A DNA stretch of 64,000 nt. Source: Ginglymostoma cirratum. Its lineage: Eukaryota. The notes beneath the pieces are model-generated. The model was not told the DNA's origin. It searched no databases and was given only the letters and a program-made list of their open reading frames with translations. Shown piece by piece: positions 36,845 to 49,650 of this stretch (position 1 is the first letter of the stretch; every line of letters starts with the position of its first letter). The position numbers were made by a program, and so were the translations under genes. Location: NCBI GenBank assembly GCA_024137785.1, contig JAHRHZ010000051.1:9889048-9953047 (forward strand). The letters are read 5' to 3'.

Positions 36845-38362
36845 TTCTCATGTGCAATAGAAAATTTATTGCCTTGAGTATTTAACAAGTATGTAAACAA
36901 AGTTTATGAAAGAAAAATTCTTGTAGTCAAATCATAGAAAAGGTGCACCATTAAGTAAATACTCTTAAAGCGAGCAACAATTAAGCTTTCAGGTTCTTAA
37001 CTTTGCTCGATAAAAAGGACTGTACAGTTAACTGAATGAGATGTTGTCCTCACAGAGGGGACATTCCATTCAAGACACTGCCACTGTAAATGGAGAAATA
37101 AGACATACAATTAAATTCTGTAATGCAGAATACAGGAAAATACTGATGCACATATATAGACATTTGCATCGTAGTCTGCAAACTGTGACTAGAGGAGGTA
37201 ATGTGCAATTCCTCCACATATTGGTAACAAAATTCCTAAGTAGTTACTATTGATGGTTTGAAATAAATAATACCACATGTACAAAATTCTAATGGCGTAC
37301 AGTGGTAAGATTTATTATAAAGTCTAGCAATAGCCTCACCCCAGTTTGTGAAGAGATCCTATGACAAACTTCCACCTTTGCTCTGAAAGAGGGAGAGTTG
37401 CAAAAATTTAACTTCCTGTTTTGTAAATTTAGCAGTCCCATTCAAAAAGAAAATAAGCACAAAAATAACAGTATTCACCTTCATAAGCCTTATAAATTCA
37501 TACATCTGCTGAGAAATCTTTATGCTCCATCTCACCATTTCCAAAATCAGAGGAACTGGGGCTGAAATTTACTGGGGCATGTGCAGAAAGCTGGTAGCAT
37601 TGCTTCAACCTGTTATGGGTCCCATCCAATACACCTGCCTCCCAAACAAACAATGGACTGGGCATATAACAGGTGGCTGATGTGATCCTGCCTTGTCGGT
37701 GCTCATCCTGGAGACATAATTCTACTGCAAAATCAGTGGCAGAGGTAACTACAATATCATTGTGCTCATTCTTGCTGGTCTCTGCTGCTTTCTACCAGAC
37801 ACCACAGTTCCTATTATTTCTTCCTCTCACCAACACGGATCGTGATCAGTGCTGAATGTAACATCTTTACTGGTCCTTACCCCCTCCGATTGTGGGCATG
37901 TTATCACACTGATACAGTAACCAGTTGATGCTACTGTCCACTTGCATACTCTGCTCACTGGGACTGAAGCTTGTTTGAGGTGCCAATGAGCTGACAAGCA
38001 GCTAACTGCTCCTTGCAATCACGCACAGCAAGAGAAAGGAACAGCTCTTTGACATCTCACCCCAGTTGATAGGCTCGTAGACAGAGAACCCTCTCTAGAC
38101 TTCCCAATTCTCTCAGCTGTGCTGTCACACAAGCTAAAACAAACACTGTTTTCTCTGGGTGCAGCAAGTCACTGGGTTCCTGATTGTGTAACATACTGTC
38201 CATGCTAGTTCCCCGTATGGCTGTGACCTCAGTTCAGCACATTCTGCCCATTCATAGTACATATAATCTTGCCATTCGTGTTCCCTTAAACATCTTGCAG
38301 AAGTGAATTACTTCTCCAATGAAGGAAGTGGGTTTTTTTTTGAGGTCGTCAGCATAATGTAG
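36845..38362 (-). other. KLF10: KLF10 3'UTR
   Basis: AT-rich, largely repeat-free sequence after the stop codon. AATAAA on the minus strand at 36870-36865, and a proximal one at 37316-37311. U/GU-rich sequence follows the distal signal. Confidence 0.7.
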
Positions 38363-38707
<345 letters not shown>

Positions 38708-39147
38708 TCAAGTGTGGATATTTTATTCAAAAAATAATTTTGTGATATTTATGTCCCAAACAAATCGAAACATTCCCTTCAAATACAGATGCCAATGAGA
38801 TTGTGTATTATCATTTCAGATCTCGTTTGGAGCAACCCACAATTGTTGCGGGATATCAATAACAAGCAGTCGAACTAAACAGAAATCAACACACTTGCTC
38901 CAAATGCACTGACAAAACTGAAAAAGGTGCAGCAATCATGTCCCATTCCTCCCAGCTACCACAGAATAGGTACAAAGCTTCCTCAGTTATAATTGGTGTG
39001 TGAATTTGAACAGAAAGCTGCAAGCTGTTATTCCTTTCTCTGTGACCACATTATACCAGCAGAATCTTGGAAACTCAATAAATCTGAACTTAACCTTCAG
39101 GGTAAGAAAATCTAACGCCAAGGAGGCCCAATGCACAAATAATGTAC

Positions 39148-40066
39148 CTGTGTGTGTCCTCATGTGTGCCTTCAGATGAGAGCTTTTGAAGTAGGTTTTT
39201 CCACAGCCTGGGTGATCACAGATGTGACTCCGGTGTCGAGAAACATCAACCTGAGCGACAACTGTCTGGACAGGTGGCATGATGCCAGGGGCCGGTGCAA
39301 TAGGAGAAAGCTTGGTGCCATTCAGGCTACTGACCGGTGGTTTCGTATACTTGACAGTAGGCCGTGGTACCACAAACATTAGGGCACCTTTGGAAACCGG
39401 TGCTCCCATGAAGACAACAGGTGGGCTCACAGTTGGGTGCTTTGTGGCAGGGCTGTTTGTACTGACAGGCAGCACTCGGCAGATGATGGGCATTGATGGC
39501 ATACTGGAGGAAATTGATGAAGACACCATTGTTGAAACTTGCTGATTCTGAGTTATGACAGGAGACTGGGAACTCGAAAACAGAGCTTGCCCCAACAATG
39601 GGGTGCAATTCACAGTCTGTGTTAAATATTTGCTTTCATTTTTCTTCACCGTTAGCCCTCTGAATGGTGGCACTGAAGAACTTAGTTCACTTGATGCATA
39701 ATTGTTCAAACCACAGCTATTACTTTCCAATCCTTTCTCTTCAACTCTGCCCACGGGAGATGTCCCATATTTTGATTCTTGATTAGCAGAACTCTGGGTC
39801 ACCCTAACTGGGCAAGAATGATTTGTACAGGCTAAAACATCGGCAGTGTGACGAATCACACTTGTAGCTTGGGACCGCTGTTTTGTAGATGCAGCTATTG
39901 TTTTTGCACTGTGCGAGATCATTGGCAATGCTGCTTCAGCGACCCTGGTGGTTTGCCTGGATAAAGGGAGTTCCACTTTAGGCAGAACAGTGGAAGGGAC
40001 TGGCATTGCAGGATGAACTATTTGAGGTGCCTCAAAGTTAGGTGGACTGTATGGTGGAGTTAGACA
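39148..40066 (-). CDS. KLF10: KLF10 exon 3: R2/R3 repression regions and zinc finger 1
   Basis: Polypyrimidine tract plus ttctAG|TGT CTA ACT CCA (CLTPPYSP). Contains TSVIRHTAD and [26 protein letters not shown]. Donor ACA G|GTACAT. Length 919 nt; phases match the flanking exons. Confidence 0.96.
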
Positions 40067-40259
40067 CTAGAACAGGAAAGAGAGAAAAAAAAAAAAAAGT
40101 GTTAGGATGCACTCATTCTTTAAAGCAAATTGAAAAACTGCTGTGAAGGATAAAACAGATACTTAAAAATAGAACAACAGCTTTCAATGCAGTACTGAAC
40201 AAATTCCACGTGGCCAGCAATGCCACTTTTCAGACAAGATTTTAAACAAGTAGCATGGC

Positions 40260-40470
40260 CCATTTGTACAGATGGACTTTAAAGATCCATGGTGCTATTC
40301 TAGGAACAGCCAGCGCCATGTCCTGGTCTCACATCCAATATGCATGTCTCAACCAATATTACAAATATTAACATCTCATTGGATGATCTTTGTGGGAGCT
40401 TGCTGTGCATAATATTTCTGTTTCCATACACAGTGACTGTACCCAACAACATATCATTAGTAGTGAAACT
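40260..40470 (+). mobile_element. Deu-domain SINE fragment in KLF10 intron 2
   Basis: taaagatccatggtgctattctaggaacagc...tgtcctgg...ctcaaccaatatt...tttgtgggagcttgctgtgcat. Confidence 0.6.
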
Positions 40471-40967
40471 TCCTCAAAACTCTTTCATTGATTGCTAGTC
40501 TTTCAGGCCCTTGCTTTGTCTTTGTCCTTTGCCAAAGGGCATGCTGGCCATTGCCGGTGTACAGTTCTGCAGGACCAAGCTGCCTTCTGACACCTTTGCC
40601 ATGTAGCAAGTTCCACCCACTGGCTTAAATGGTCCTACTGAACTGAAAAGACACCATGGTCAGGCCTGATCCTGTTGTACCCACTTGCAGCAGAGTTCAG
40701 GGCATAAGTTGGTTGATGACTCACAGCCACAGCATTGGGGCATGGAGGACAGTTTTAATCCAAACCTGCTATAGTCTTGGTCAAGATCAGGCAAAGCACC
40801 ACAGATGAAGCTCACCTAGGTCTTCTCTGGGTTTGAGTGCACACTCCATCACATTCTGTATCTACTCAGTGGAGGCATTGGTGAAAGCCATTCTTCACTG
40901 TCTCCAGTTAAAAGTTGCCTTCATTGCCAAATCCTCAATGTTATAAACACTTTTGATAGATACTCAC

Positions 40968-41206
40968 AAACAGAGGAAATGTGTGGAAATCTCTAGAACT
41001 GGGCAGTAAACTATCTTCAGCTTCCTCAGATACATCAGATGCTGGGGTCAGCGGTCTCATCTCAGTATAACATTTGGAATCGGATTTCCAGCTGCAGCTC
41101 ATTGACATGAGAGCTTCAACTGCCTCAATGTCACCTTGTTGTGTTCTTCTGCCGCAGGAGCGCTCATAGACCTCAGAAGGTGCTGGACCAGTCTCCATTA
41201 TTTCCA
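40968..41206 (-). CDS. KLF10: KLF10 exon 2: Sin3-interaction domain (R1)
   Basis: Acceptor tttgtttccctcaatAAG|TG GAA ATA ATG. Encodes [18 protein letters not shown]...[12 protein letters not shown]...DFHTFPLF. Donor TTT|GTGAGT (phase 0). An internal in-frame ATG lies at 41198-41196. Confidence 0.93.
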
Positions 41207-41556
41207 CTTATTGAGGGAAACAAAAGAACACAAGAACCCCGGTTAGTTATAAATGATAGTCTTACCTATCAAACTATGTCATTCTTCTCCTCAAACTCCA
41301 GTAATGCAAGTAAGTTACTAAAATGTCAAGATTTTAGTGATTTATGTCTCCTTCTCACAGCTATCAGGAAATCTTAACCAGTGCAGCTTTCCTCTCTATC
41401 TATCACCAGGTTCATCCCTATTACCCATCTCCTGCTACCTCCACCCCACCCTATTATCTTTCCTTGCCACAATGCTCACAGAAATTTTAATGGGGCCCCT
41501 GAAAAAGGTGACATACTTCTTCATAAACATTCCATCACGACAACCCATTCTACTCA

Positions 41557-41760
41557 GAATCATAGACTAGATTTACACTGTAGGGATTCTATTTGGCCCA
41601 CTGGGTCCATACCATCCCTCTGAAGAGCATCCCACCCAGACCCGGCCCCCTACCCTACTCCTGTAACCTTGCATTTCCCATGGATAATCCACCTAACATA
41701 CACATCCCTGAACATTATGGACATGGCCAATCCACACCTGAACTGCATTTCATTGGACTC
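41557..41760 (-). mobile_element. HE1-like SINE 3' part in intron 1
   Basis: Homologous to 22292-22480. Confidence 0.7.
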
Positions 41761-44400
41761 AAAAATATTGGCTCCCACCTCCTATCTCTGCAATTAGCAC
41801 CCTAACTTAAACCGTCCTTTCCTCTCCACAGTCCTCATAATCCTCACCTTTGCAATGAATTGTTATGACTTTTGTTGCTTTAGCCACATCCAACTCTCAG
41901 CTCCAATCTGACTTGTTCAGAGCCACCAAAAGATTATTTTTGAGGTTGTGATTTCCATCGAGTTATCACTACTGCAATCTCAGTTCAAAACAATTCACCC
42001 CGATTCTCCATCACTTCCAGGATCCAACTCTGTAGAATCACTGTCATGTGCTCCCATTCCTAATGGTTACAATTTGGCCAGCATATCTCTAGATACAGTT
42101 CCTTGTTCCACCCCAGGCTGTCACATGCAGTGTTCATCATGGTTTGTTCTTAGTGCTCCCTTTTTATCTACTTAACATGTTGCATCCTAACTACATAAAG
42201 CAGACAGATAGCCAATATTGAACTATTAACAAATTAACCTCTCCATAGCCACCCCCCCCCCCCAACAAATCTGTATCGAACTACTTGACATTAAATTGTG
42301 GATGAGTCAGACATTCCTCCATTCAAACTTTAGAGAGACCAAAACCACATAAGGGAAACCTGTAAGCGTGCAGGAGAAAGTTTCCTGGAAAGAGTCAGGA
42401 AACCATGTAATTTATTTCCTGGATTAGTAGTAGAGGCAGATCCGATGCCAACATTCGTGATTAGCATTGGTAGTTGAATGAACAAAAACAAAAACAAAAA
42501 CAAATGGAAGTGTCTTGAGCTGATGCTGAGTTTAATTAAGGCTACTTGCTCATATAGAGGGTAAGCACCGACAGACTGCTTGGCTCGAATGACCATTTTT
42601 TCTGTATTGTAGTTTCTAAGCATTAGTCATTTCCCATCAATAGCTTCATACACGTTACAAGTTTAATTCCTTCTTCTCTATTTTTGAGACGGAGTAAAAC
42701 AGTGTCCCATCGTGCCTTTGCAATCTTTTCTGAGCCTTATTCAGGTCCTGGTGTCCTCATCCTATTACCACTTGAGATCTTCTTCTCCTTATTCTTGTCA
42801 AGACCCCTGCCTTTGTTACTTCTGTTCTCATCTTAATAAACATCCCAAACAAGAAAAAAAAAGTCTACTTGAATATGCTCTTGGGCATTTCTTAATCACT
42901 CTCTTTTTGGTTTGTGTCCATTTTGCCTCTGTTGTCTAAATATTTCTGCATTTAGACAATCATTCTACAGGAAAACTAACACTTGCCAGTGGAATCATTA
43001 AAAAGGATCTTCTTGTCTGTTACCCAGAGGTCAAATTGCATCCAGTACCATCAAGAACATTGTCAAAGCTCAGTTCACTTTTAGGTCACCTTGCCAATAA
43101 TCTTTCCTGCCACAACGTCCTAGTTGTCTAACGCAGAATGTAAATAACACTGAATAAAGAGAGACATGTGATCAAAGCTTTTCATCTTGTATTCGTTAGG
43201 ACAGATGTATATTCACTTTCAAGTGCCAGTGTGATACCAGGTACAAAGGCCATATAAGCCTAATTGCTAATCATACCAACCAGCACATGCTTTAGCTTGT
43301 TCATAATTGGCAGAGCATTGACAGTTGCGAAGGCACCCTGTACTTGCAAGACTCTGATCATGATGTCCAATGTTGGACATGAACCTGCAATTAAACAGAA
43401 CTAGCTGAACAATTCAAATATGCCAAGAATTACAGATCAGACATGGTGAGCCAAAGGGCCTGTTCTTGTGCTGTGCGGTTCTACGGTCTATGCACACTGA
43501 TAACCAATTTAAGATGATGATCAGCCAGGATTGTAACGTGGCTCATTGGCACTTGTTACAAGTAACATGTATTGACAAGCAAGGATTCATCCTCTGCAGG
43601 GAAAAAGTAACCTATAGAAGCATTTTCTCATTTTTTGGATTAATCAGATGGGTGGTGGCAATGGTTCCCAGGTGAATTCTCCATGGCAACACCTCAACTA
43701 GAGTTGACTTGCCAACCAGACAGCACCCTTTCCTCCTGCAGTGTAAACTGTTCCTCCCTTTGAAATTAAACATTTTTGCATCTGTCCTGACAACAAAAAG
43801 AAAAATCTTTGACAGCATGTCTCTTTTTCTGCAAACAAGAATCCAATTTATTATTTGACCGTGGACACGGTCAACTTGCAAAGTTTTTGAATTTTGGAAA
43901 GATGTAAAAGCGTGTAATAGCTATAATACTTGTACAAAACAAAACGATTTTCAGTTCTATGACTTTGCACGAGGTGAGTAGAGACAAAGTACTTTTAAGT
44001 AATCTGGTCTTAATGGTGAAGTATAATGAGGCTAGGGTTTGCAGAGGTAGTCAAGTTCCTCATTTTAAGACTTCACACTGTCATTTTTGCATACTTTAAA
44101 TTTAGGTTACTTATGATTCGACACTAAAAGGTCACAGCAGCTTGGGATACACATTCAGTTGGAGCTTAGCAGTTTTTTGTGTTGTATATGTGGAAGACTG
44201 AGATAGAGGGCAGCAGGATTTTCCTCAGGACCACTGACAGCAGGACTGGATGGCATGATGACAAATTTTGTGGACATAATGGGACAAAAGATTGACAAAA
44301 TGTGACACGAGAACAACAGGAAATGCACGCAAACATAAGAATATGCAGTAACTACGTTAATGATAAAGCAGATATATGACTAGACAACAGCTGAAGTTGT

Positions 44401-45228
44401 ATCAGAGATAATAGGTACTGCAGATGCTGGAGAATCCGAGATAACAAGGTGTGGAGCTGGATGAACACAGCAGGCCAAGCAGCATCATAGGAGCAGGAAA
44501 GCTTGACGTTTCGGGCCTTTCCCTCCCCACCCTTATCTGCCTTCCGGAAGGACCACTCCCTCCGCGACTCCCTTGTCCGCTCCACACTCCCCTCCAGCCC
44601 CACCACACCAGGCACATTTCCCTGCAACCGCAGGAAGTGCTACGCCTGCCCCCACACCTCCTCCCTCACCCCTATCCCAGGCCCCAAGAAGACTTTCCAC
44701 ATCAAGCAGATGTTCACCTGCACATCTGCCAATGTGGTATACTGCATCCGCTGTTCCCGTTGTGGCCTCCTCTACATCGGGGAAACCAAGCGGAGGCTTG
44801 GGGACCGCTTTGCAGAACACCTGCGCTCGGTTCGCAACAAACAACTGCACCTCCCAGTCGCGAACCATTTCAACTCCCCCTCCCATTCCTCAGATGACAT
44901 GTCCATCCTGGGCCTCCTGCAGTGCCACAACGATGCCACCCGAAGGCTGCAGGAACAGCAACTCATATTTAGCCTGTGAACCCTGCAGCCCAATGGTATC
45001 AATGTGGATTTCACAAGCTTCAAAATCTCCCCTCCCCCAACCGCATCCCACAACCAGCCCAGCTTGTCCCCACCTCCCTAACTTGTTCTTCCTCTCACCT
45101 ATCCCCTCTTCCCACCTCAAGCCACACCCCCATTTCCTATCTACTAACCTCATCCCACCCCCTTGACTGACTGACCTATCTCCTCCCTACCTCCCCACCT
45201 ACACTCACCTTTACTGGCTCCATCCCAG
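44401..45228 (+). mobile_element. Young truncated Penelope-like insertion in KLF10 intron 1: inverted 3' terminus (44401-44517) joined to a GIY-YIG segment
   Basis: ORF 44503-44979: CTSANVVYCIRCSRCGLLYIGETKRRLGDRFAEHL...VANHFN...EQQLIF. CpGs largely retained. A premature TGA precedes the P.G.N end motif. Confidence 0.93.
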
Positions 45229-46779
45229 TTATTCATGGTTTCGTCCTTAAATTTCAAGACGACAGGATTGCTTTCTCTAAACTTAGAAACCTTGCTCAGT
45301 TGAAAGCCAGTGAGCAATGATCAGTACATAAATCAATTGAGTACAATCAATGCACTGCTCAGTCGGCCCAATTCACCAGTGACAATTCTGTTAGCAGTGC
45401 CTTTGACTGATCTACTCCTGCTCTTTGGATTTGGCACACTTCTGGGATGGCTCCCTCCTAGGTTTCACATGAAGGGAAAAGCAGGTCCAACTCTTCAATT
45501 CAATTAGTGTGTTGCCAACTCATGAAATTCCTCCAACAACACTTTAAACTAAAAGTCCCCGAAGCAAGAATCCAATGGCAGGAAGTGACTAGTTTATCCT
45601 TTGAAGGCAGTACTGGGGGCAGCTCCTGGCAAGCCCAAACAACACACAAAGTAACCAACAGTCTGATGTCAGCAAACTCCCTGAAATCTCAAATTTAGTG
45701 AAAGGATACAGGTAAACTAAATGCACTTAAACAAAATCCTTTTGCATTTGGGAATTATTCTCAATTCCCCTTCCTTTTCACCCCACAGTCTGCCAATACC
45801 AACTAGAAAGCCCCAGAAAGCAACAGAGCAATGATTCAAATGCCAATAACCTTGTTACCAGCTCAATGCAGGGGAGCACCCAGCTGCTATTTTAAAACAA
45901 AAATCATACATCGAGAAGACAAAATGATGAGGTTAAAAGCCACAAGTAGGAAGTACGCCAACTACTTATATAGTTACAAGTGTGGTCAGGCCTTCCTATT
46001 AGGTTATCAACAGTTCATAACCATTTGGTTGCATTATCAAGACAGGGAAAATACTCAAAAAAAATACTTTGATCCAAACATAAACAGCTCAAAGAGCAAT
46101 GGCAAGTGCATGTCCCCCACAACACTGGAACAATTGGAAGCATGCAATTCACAAGAATTACTGTAACAACTACACATTTTCAGTCAGTCAAAGAACCTCC
46201 TTTAACAGCACCTTCCAAACTCTCATCTCTACTATCTAAAAGGTTAAGGCAGCGGCTCACCAGCACCTTCTCCAGAGGAAGGATGGACAGAACAACAAAT
46301 GTTGACCTCTATCAGCAATGCTCACATTTCAGAAACAAATAAAACAAAAGAGGCATGTTTGGCTTTTTTTAATTCTGAAACGTTCAAAGGCTTAGTTTAA
46401 ATTTATTACAAAGATGCAATTACCTAGGCCTACTCAATATTGACCTATAACTCAGAATTCAAGTTAGGTGCCAATGAAGTGTTAGTCAATCACATATTAC
46501 CATTATTTATAATAAACACTTGCATTCATCCCACAGCAATCACACAGAATACACTGCAATGCACTTTATATGGATGGTGGAAGTAGTAAAATAAATAAGG
46601 AGTTGAATCATAGAAGACTGAACAACATGGGAGGAGCAAATACCGCAGAAGGTTATAGAGTTAGAGTAGGGAAACAGAAATGAAAATTAACAGAAGAATT
46701 TTTACATTGGTTTCCCAGCAAATCAAAAGCCGGTGTAGATTGAAGAAAGGGTTGTGACGATGGACAGAATAAATTTATG

Positions 46780-47130
46780 GGTGACAGCAGCATACTGATA
46801 ACATCACTCGATTAGGAATCCAAACAACCAGGCCCCGTGGGCACGGGGTTAAGGATGGCAGCTCATGGAATTTGTATTCAGTAAAATATGGAACCGAAAG
46901 CTAGTCTCAGTAATGGCAACCATCATCAATTGAACGAATGCAACTTGTTAATGTCATTTAGGGAAGGAAATCTGTCATCCTTACCTCCACAGTCTATACG
47001 TGACTGCAGACCCACAACTACATGATTGACAGCCCTCTGAGATGGCTTCAGAAACCAGTCAGGTCAAGGACAATTAAGAATGAGCAACTAATACTGCCCT
47101 TGCCAGCTACATCCATGAACAGGCGAGAAT
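46780..47130 (+). mobile_element. tRNA-SINE embedded in old L2-like debris (about 46570-47680, minus)
   Basis: tttagggaaggaaatctgtcatccttacc core and gccttgccagc tail. Confidence 0.65.
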
Positions 47131-48014
47131 AAAAGACAGTATGCATAGAGAAAGTACAGGATCAGTTTCTGACCAGTTGAATGTTTATGGGTGAGCCAGG
47201 TATATATTTAGGAAAATTGGTTAGAGGTTCAGGGAAGTATGGACATGAGTTTTAAGAGCAGGATGATTGAGGCAAGTGCAGTTTGAAGAAGTAGAAATAT
47301 GGGGTGTTGGTGGCAAATAATACGTGGGTTTGAAGATCAGCTCTAGATCAAACATGATATCAAGGCTTTCCATGCTCTGGTTGGGAATGGCTGGGGAGGA
47401 AAATAAGTCAGCAACAAGGAGCCTGCGTTTATGACCAGGGCTTAAAGCAATGAGTTCAGTCCTCCCAGGACGAGCTGCAGGAAACCTTGACTCACTCAGG
47501 AGCCAATATCAGACAGAAACTCAGCGTAGAGGTGATACAAGGCTGAGATAAGTGACAGAACGGTACAACATCATTGGGATACATATAGAAACTGAATCTG
47601 TGTCTGTGAATGATGTCAGAGGGACAGGACAGGAGGGGCAGGGCCAAGGATGGATTCTTACATGAGTTCAAGAGTGATAGTAAAAGGATCAGTACAGATA
47701 TAATTACTCAAAATAGTGTTTTTATTCAAATAGACAAGAATAATACTATTTAAATGCAGCTTAATGGAACCTGGCCAACTGTGTCAAACAATAGAGGTCA
47801 ATCAGTACAGGGAGGAATAAACTACCACAGTCAGTGACAGAATAACAACTTCCATTAAATATTTAAATTACTAAATATGTAAAAAGTTTAAAACCATCAC
47901 ATTCTCCACTTAAATGAAAAAAACTGATGGGTTCTTGCTTAGATGCCTAGATTCCCGTGACCCTAAATAATTCACACATTTTACCCATACATCAAATAAA
48001 TCGGCATAACAAAA

Positions 48015-48145
48015 GAAAAATACCAGTGTCTGTTGTAATCTGAAATGAAAACAGTAAGTACTGGAGAAACTCAGCAGGTCTGATAGGATCTGTAGAGGGC
48101 AGAAGGGTTGACGTTTTGGATCCACTATGACTCCACTCTTCCCAC
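48015..48145 (-). mobile_element. Old Penelope-associated short element with decayed hammerhead
   Basis: ctggagaaactcagcaggtctg...gttgacgttttggatccactatgactc. Confidence 0.6.
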
Positions 48146-48469
48146 ATACCGAGCTTATACAGCACCTTTAACTTTTAGAAGCTGAATAACGTCTGTCACT
48201 ATCATATCTACTGACCATTGCTTCGTTTACAACGTAAGAAATAAGCATCTACTGGAGTTTCAGTCCCATAGGCTCTTGTATACCGGGCGTCCTTAAATAG
48301 GTTACCTCTGCACATGAAGTCAGGGTGATTTTGACTGAAGCTCGGGTCTTTCTCAGACATTATCAGTGGCGTGCAATTCCTAGTAGAAAAAGGCAGACGT
48401 GGATGTGAAGGGAGACCACCACCCCCACTCAGACACACGCCACACAACGTGTGCTTTCTCTGCCTATAC

Positions 48470-48850
48470 CTCTGTGAGGTGCAATCCCGCCTTCCAGTGA
48501 GTGGATTGGAGCAGGCTCTCTCCATGTGAAGGCTGCATGCTGAGCCGCTGCGCGAACTTGAACCAGTCACCGCAGCGACCTTTCCCCCAGTTTCCAAACA
48601 AGCTCCAGCGTACACACACACACACCACCACCACCTCCCCCGCCCCCCAAACCCGGCAAACAGGCAGAGGCTGCAAAAAAACAGGCACTCGCGTCAGAGC
48701 AAATGAACAAAAAGCAGAAAGCAAGACAGCGCTAACAGGGACAAATCGATAAACAGAACGGGAACAGCAAACTTCCACCCTTCTACTTGTAGTGGCATTC
48801 TGTAGCGAACACAAAAACACGTTCAATCAACACTGAGGGTTGGGCGGGGG
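48470..48850 (-). promoter_or_regulatory. Second CpG-rich segment in intron 1; candidate alternative promoter or first exon
   Basis: CpG cluster, GC boxes near 48637-48646 and 48842-48849, and a donor-like CAGAG|GTATAG at 48470/48469. Confidence 0.35.
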
Positions 48851-49234
48851 AGAAAGGAGGAATGAAATTTCCCAGTAATATTTCACAGACAGAAGATGAA
48901 TACTCCCGCTCAGAGGAACAATTACTGACAATCGATTCGGTTCTGGGCTTTGATATGTATTATTGGTTCACCAAATGCAGACAAGATTATACAATATTTC
49001 CTTTAGCCAGTCACATAATAGGAATTGACTGTGCTGATTGAATTAATTCCTGGAAAAAAAGAGGTGGCAAGTGGAAAAGGCTTCAAGAAGAAACACAGAC
49101 ATTATTTTCAAAGTAAAGAATGAATCCACTGATGTAAATAGGTTCATTTACACATAATGGATTAAGCAGAAGGAGGGACACTTTGTCTGCGACTGCTCTC
49201 AAAAAGCAACGCGATAAAACTAACAACTACTCAC

Positions 49235-49320
49235 TCTTGGCTTTCAGCAACGAAACGCATAAATTGAGTGCAGATACACAAAGGAAACGGAGCTCCGCTA
49301 CACTGTAACCACTCTGTAGT
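49235..49320 (-). other. KLF10: Probable KLF10 exon 1 (5'UTR plus the A of the start codon); TSS not determinable, left bound exact, right bound approximate
   Basis: Donor GCCAAGA|GTGAGT at 49235/49234. Splicing to exon 2 gives GCCAAG-ATG-G in a strong Kozak context and in frame. The upstream in-frame peptide LNLCVSLLKAK resembles the mammalian KLF10 N-terminus as I recall it (MLNFGASLQQTA). Lies next to a CpG-rich region. Confidence 0.7.
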
Positions 49321-49650
49321 TATTGCTAGCCGTCCACTCCAGCCCAGTCCCGCCCCTCGCTTCATTCAGGTGGAGAGTCCGCCGAGGGCGGTACTGAGAC
49401 CGAGCACCGACCAGTCAGGCACAAAGGTGTGTGCGACGCCGGCGAATGGGCGGCCGGGGGCTGCGTGATCAGCGGCTGGTGGCTGGCATGATGGAGCTCT
49501 GGCTGCAGCGTGGAGCCCCCGCCCAGGGAGCCCGGGCTCTGTCAGCAAGGCGACACCGATTCCCCTGCAACATCCTGCCTTTTCCTTAGTCACGCACTCA
49601 CACTGACCGCACTCTGCATGACTCATCAGTCACGATGGAGCCGTGAAAGT
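49321..49650 (-). promoter_or_regulatory. CpG-rich putative KLF10 promoter
   Basis: Locally high GC and CpG in a CpG-depleted window. GC boxes at 49349-49356, 49386-49391 and 49448-49453. AP-1 TGACTCA at 49619-49625. GCGTG cores at 49463, 49508 and 49591. Confidence 0.7.

Noticed and set aside
38987-39147. C-terminal extension of the 339-aa ORF (TLFVHWASL...)
   Set aside because: Intron read-through past the canonical G|GTACAT donor in the zinc-finger linker.
44503-44979. Domesticated GIY-YIG gene
   Set aside because: It has no true ATG or promoter, is truncated by a premature stop, and is embedded in TE termini. It is best explained as a young insertion.
49366-49626. 86-aa ORF as a KLF10 N-terminus
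   Set aside because: It is in a different frame from the CDS and stops before the donor; typical of a chance ORF in GC-rich DNA.
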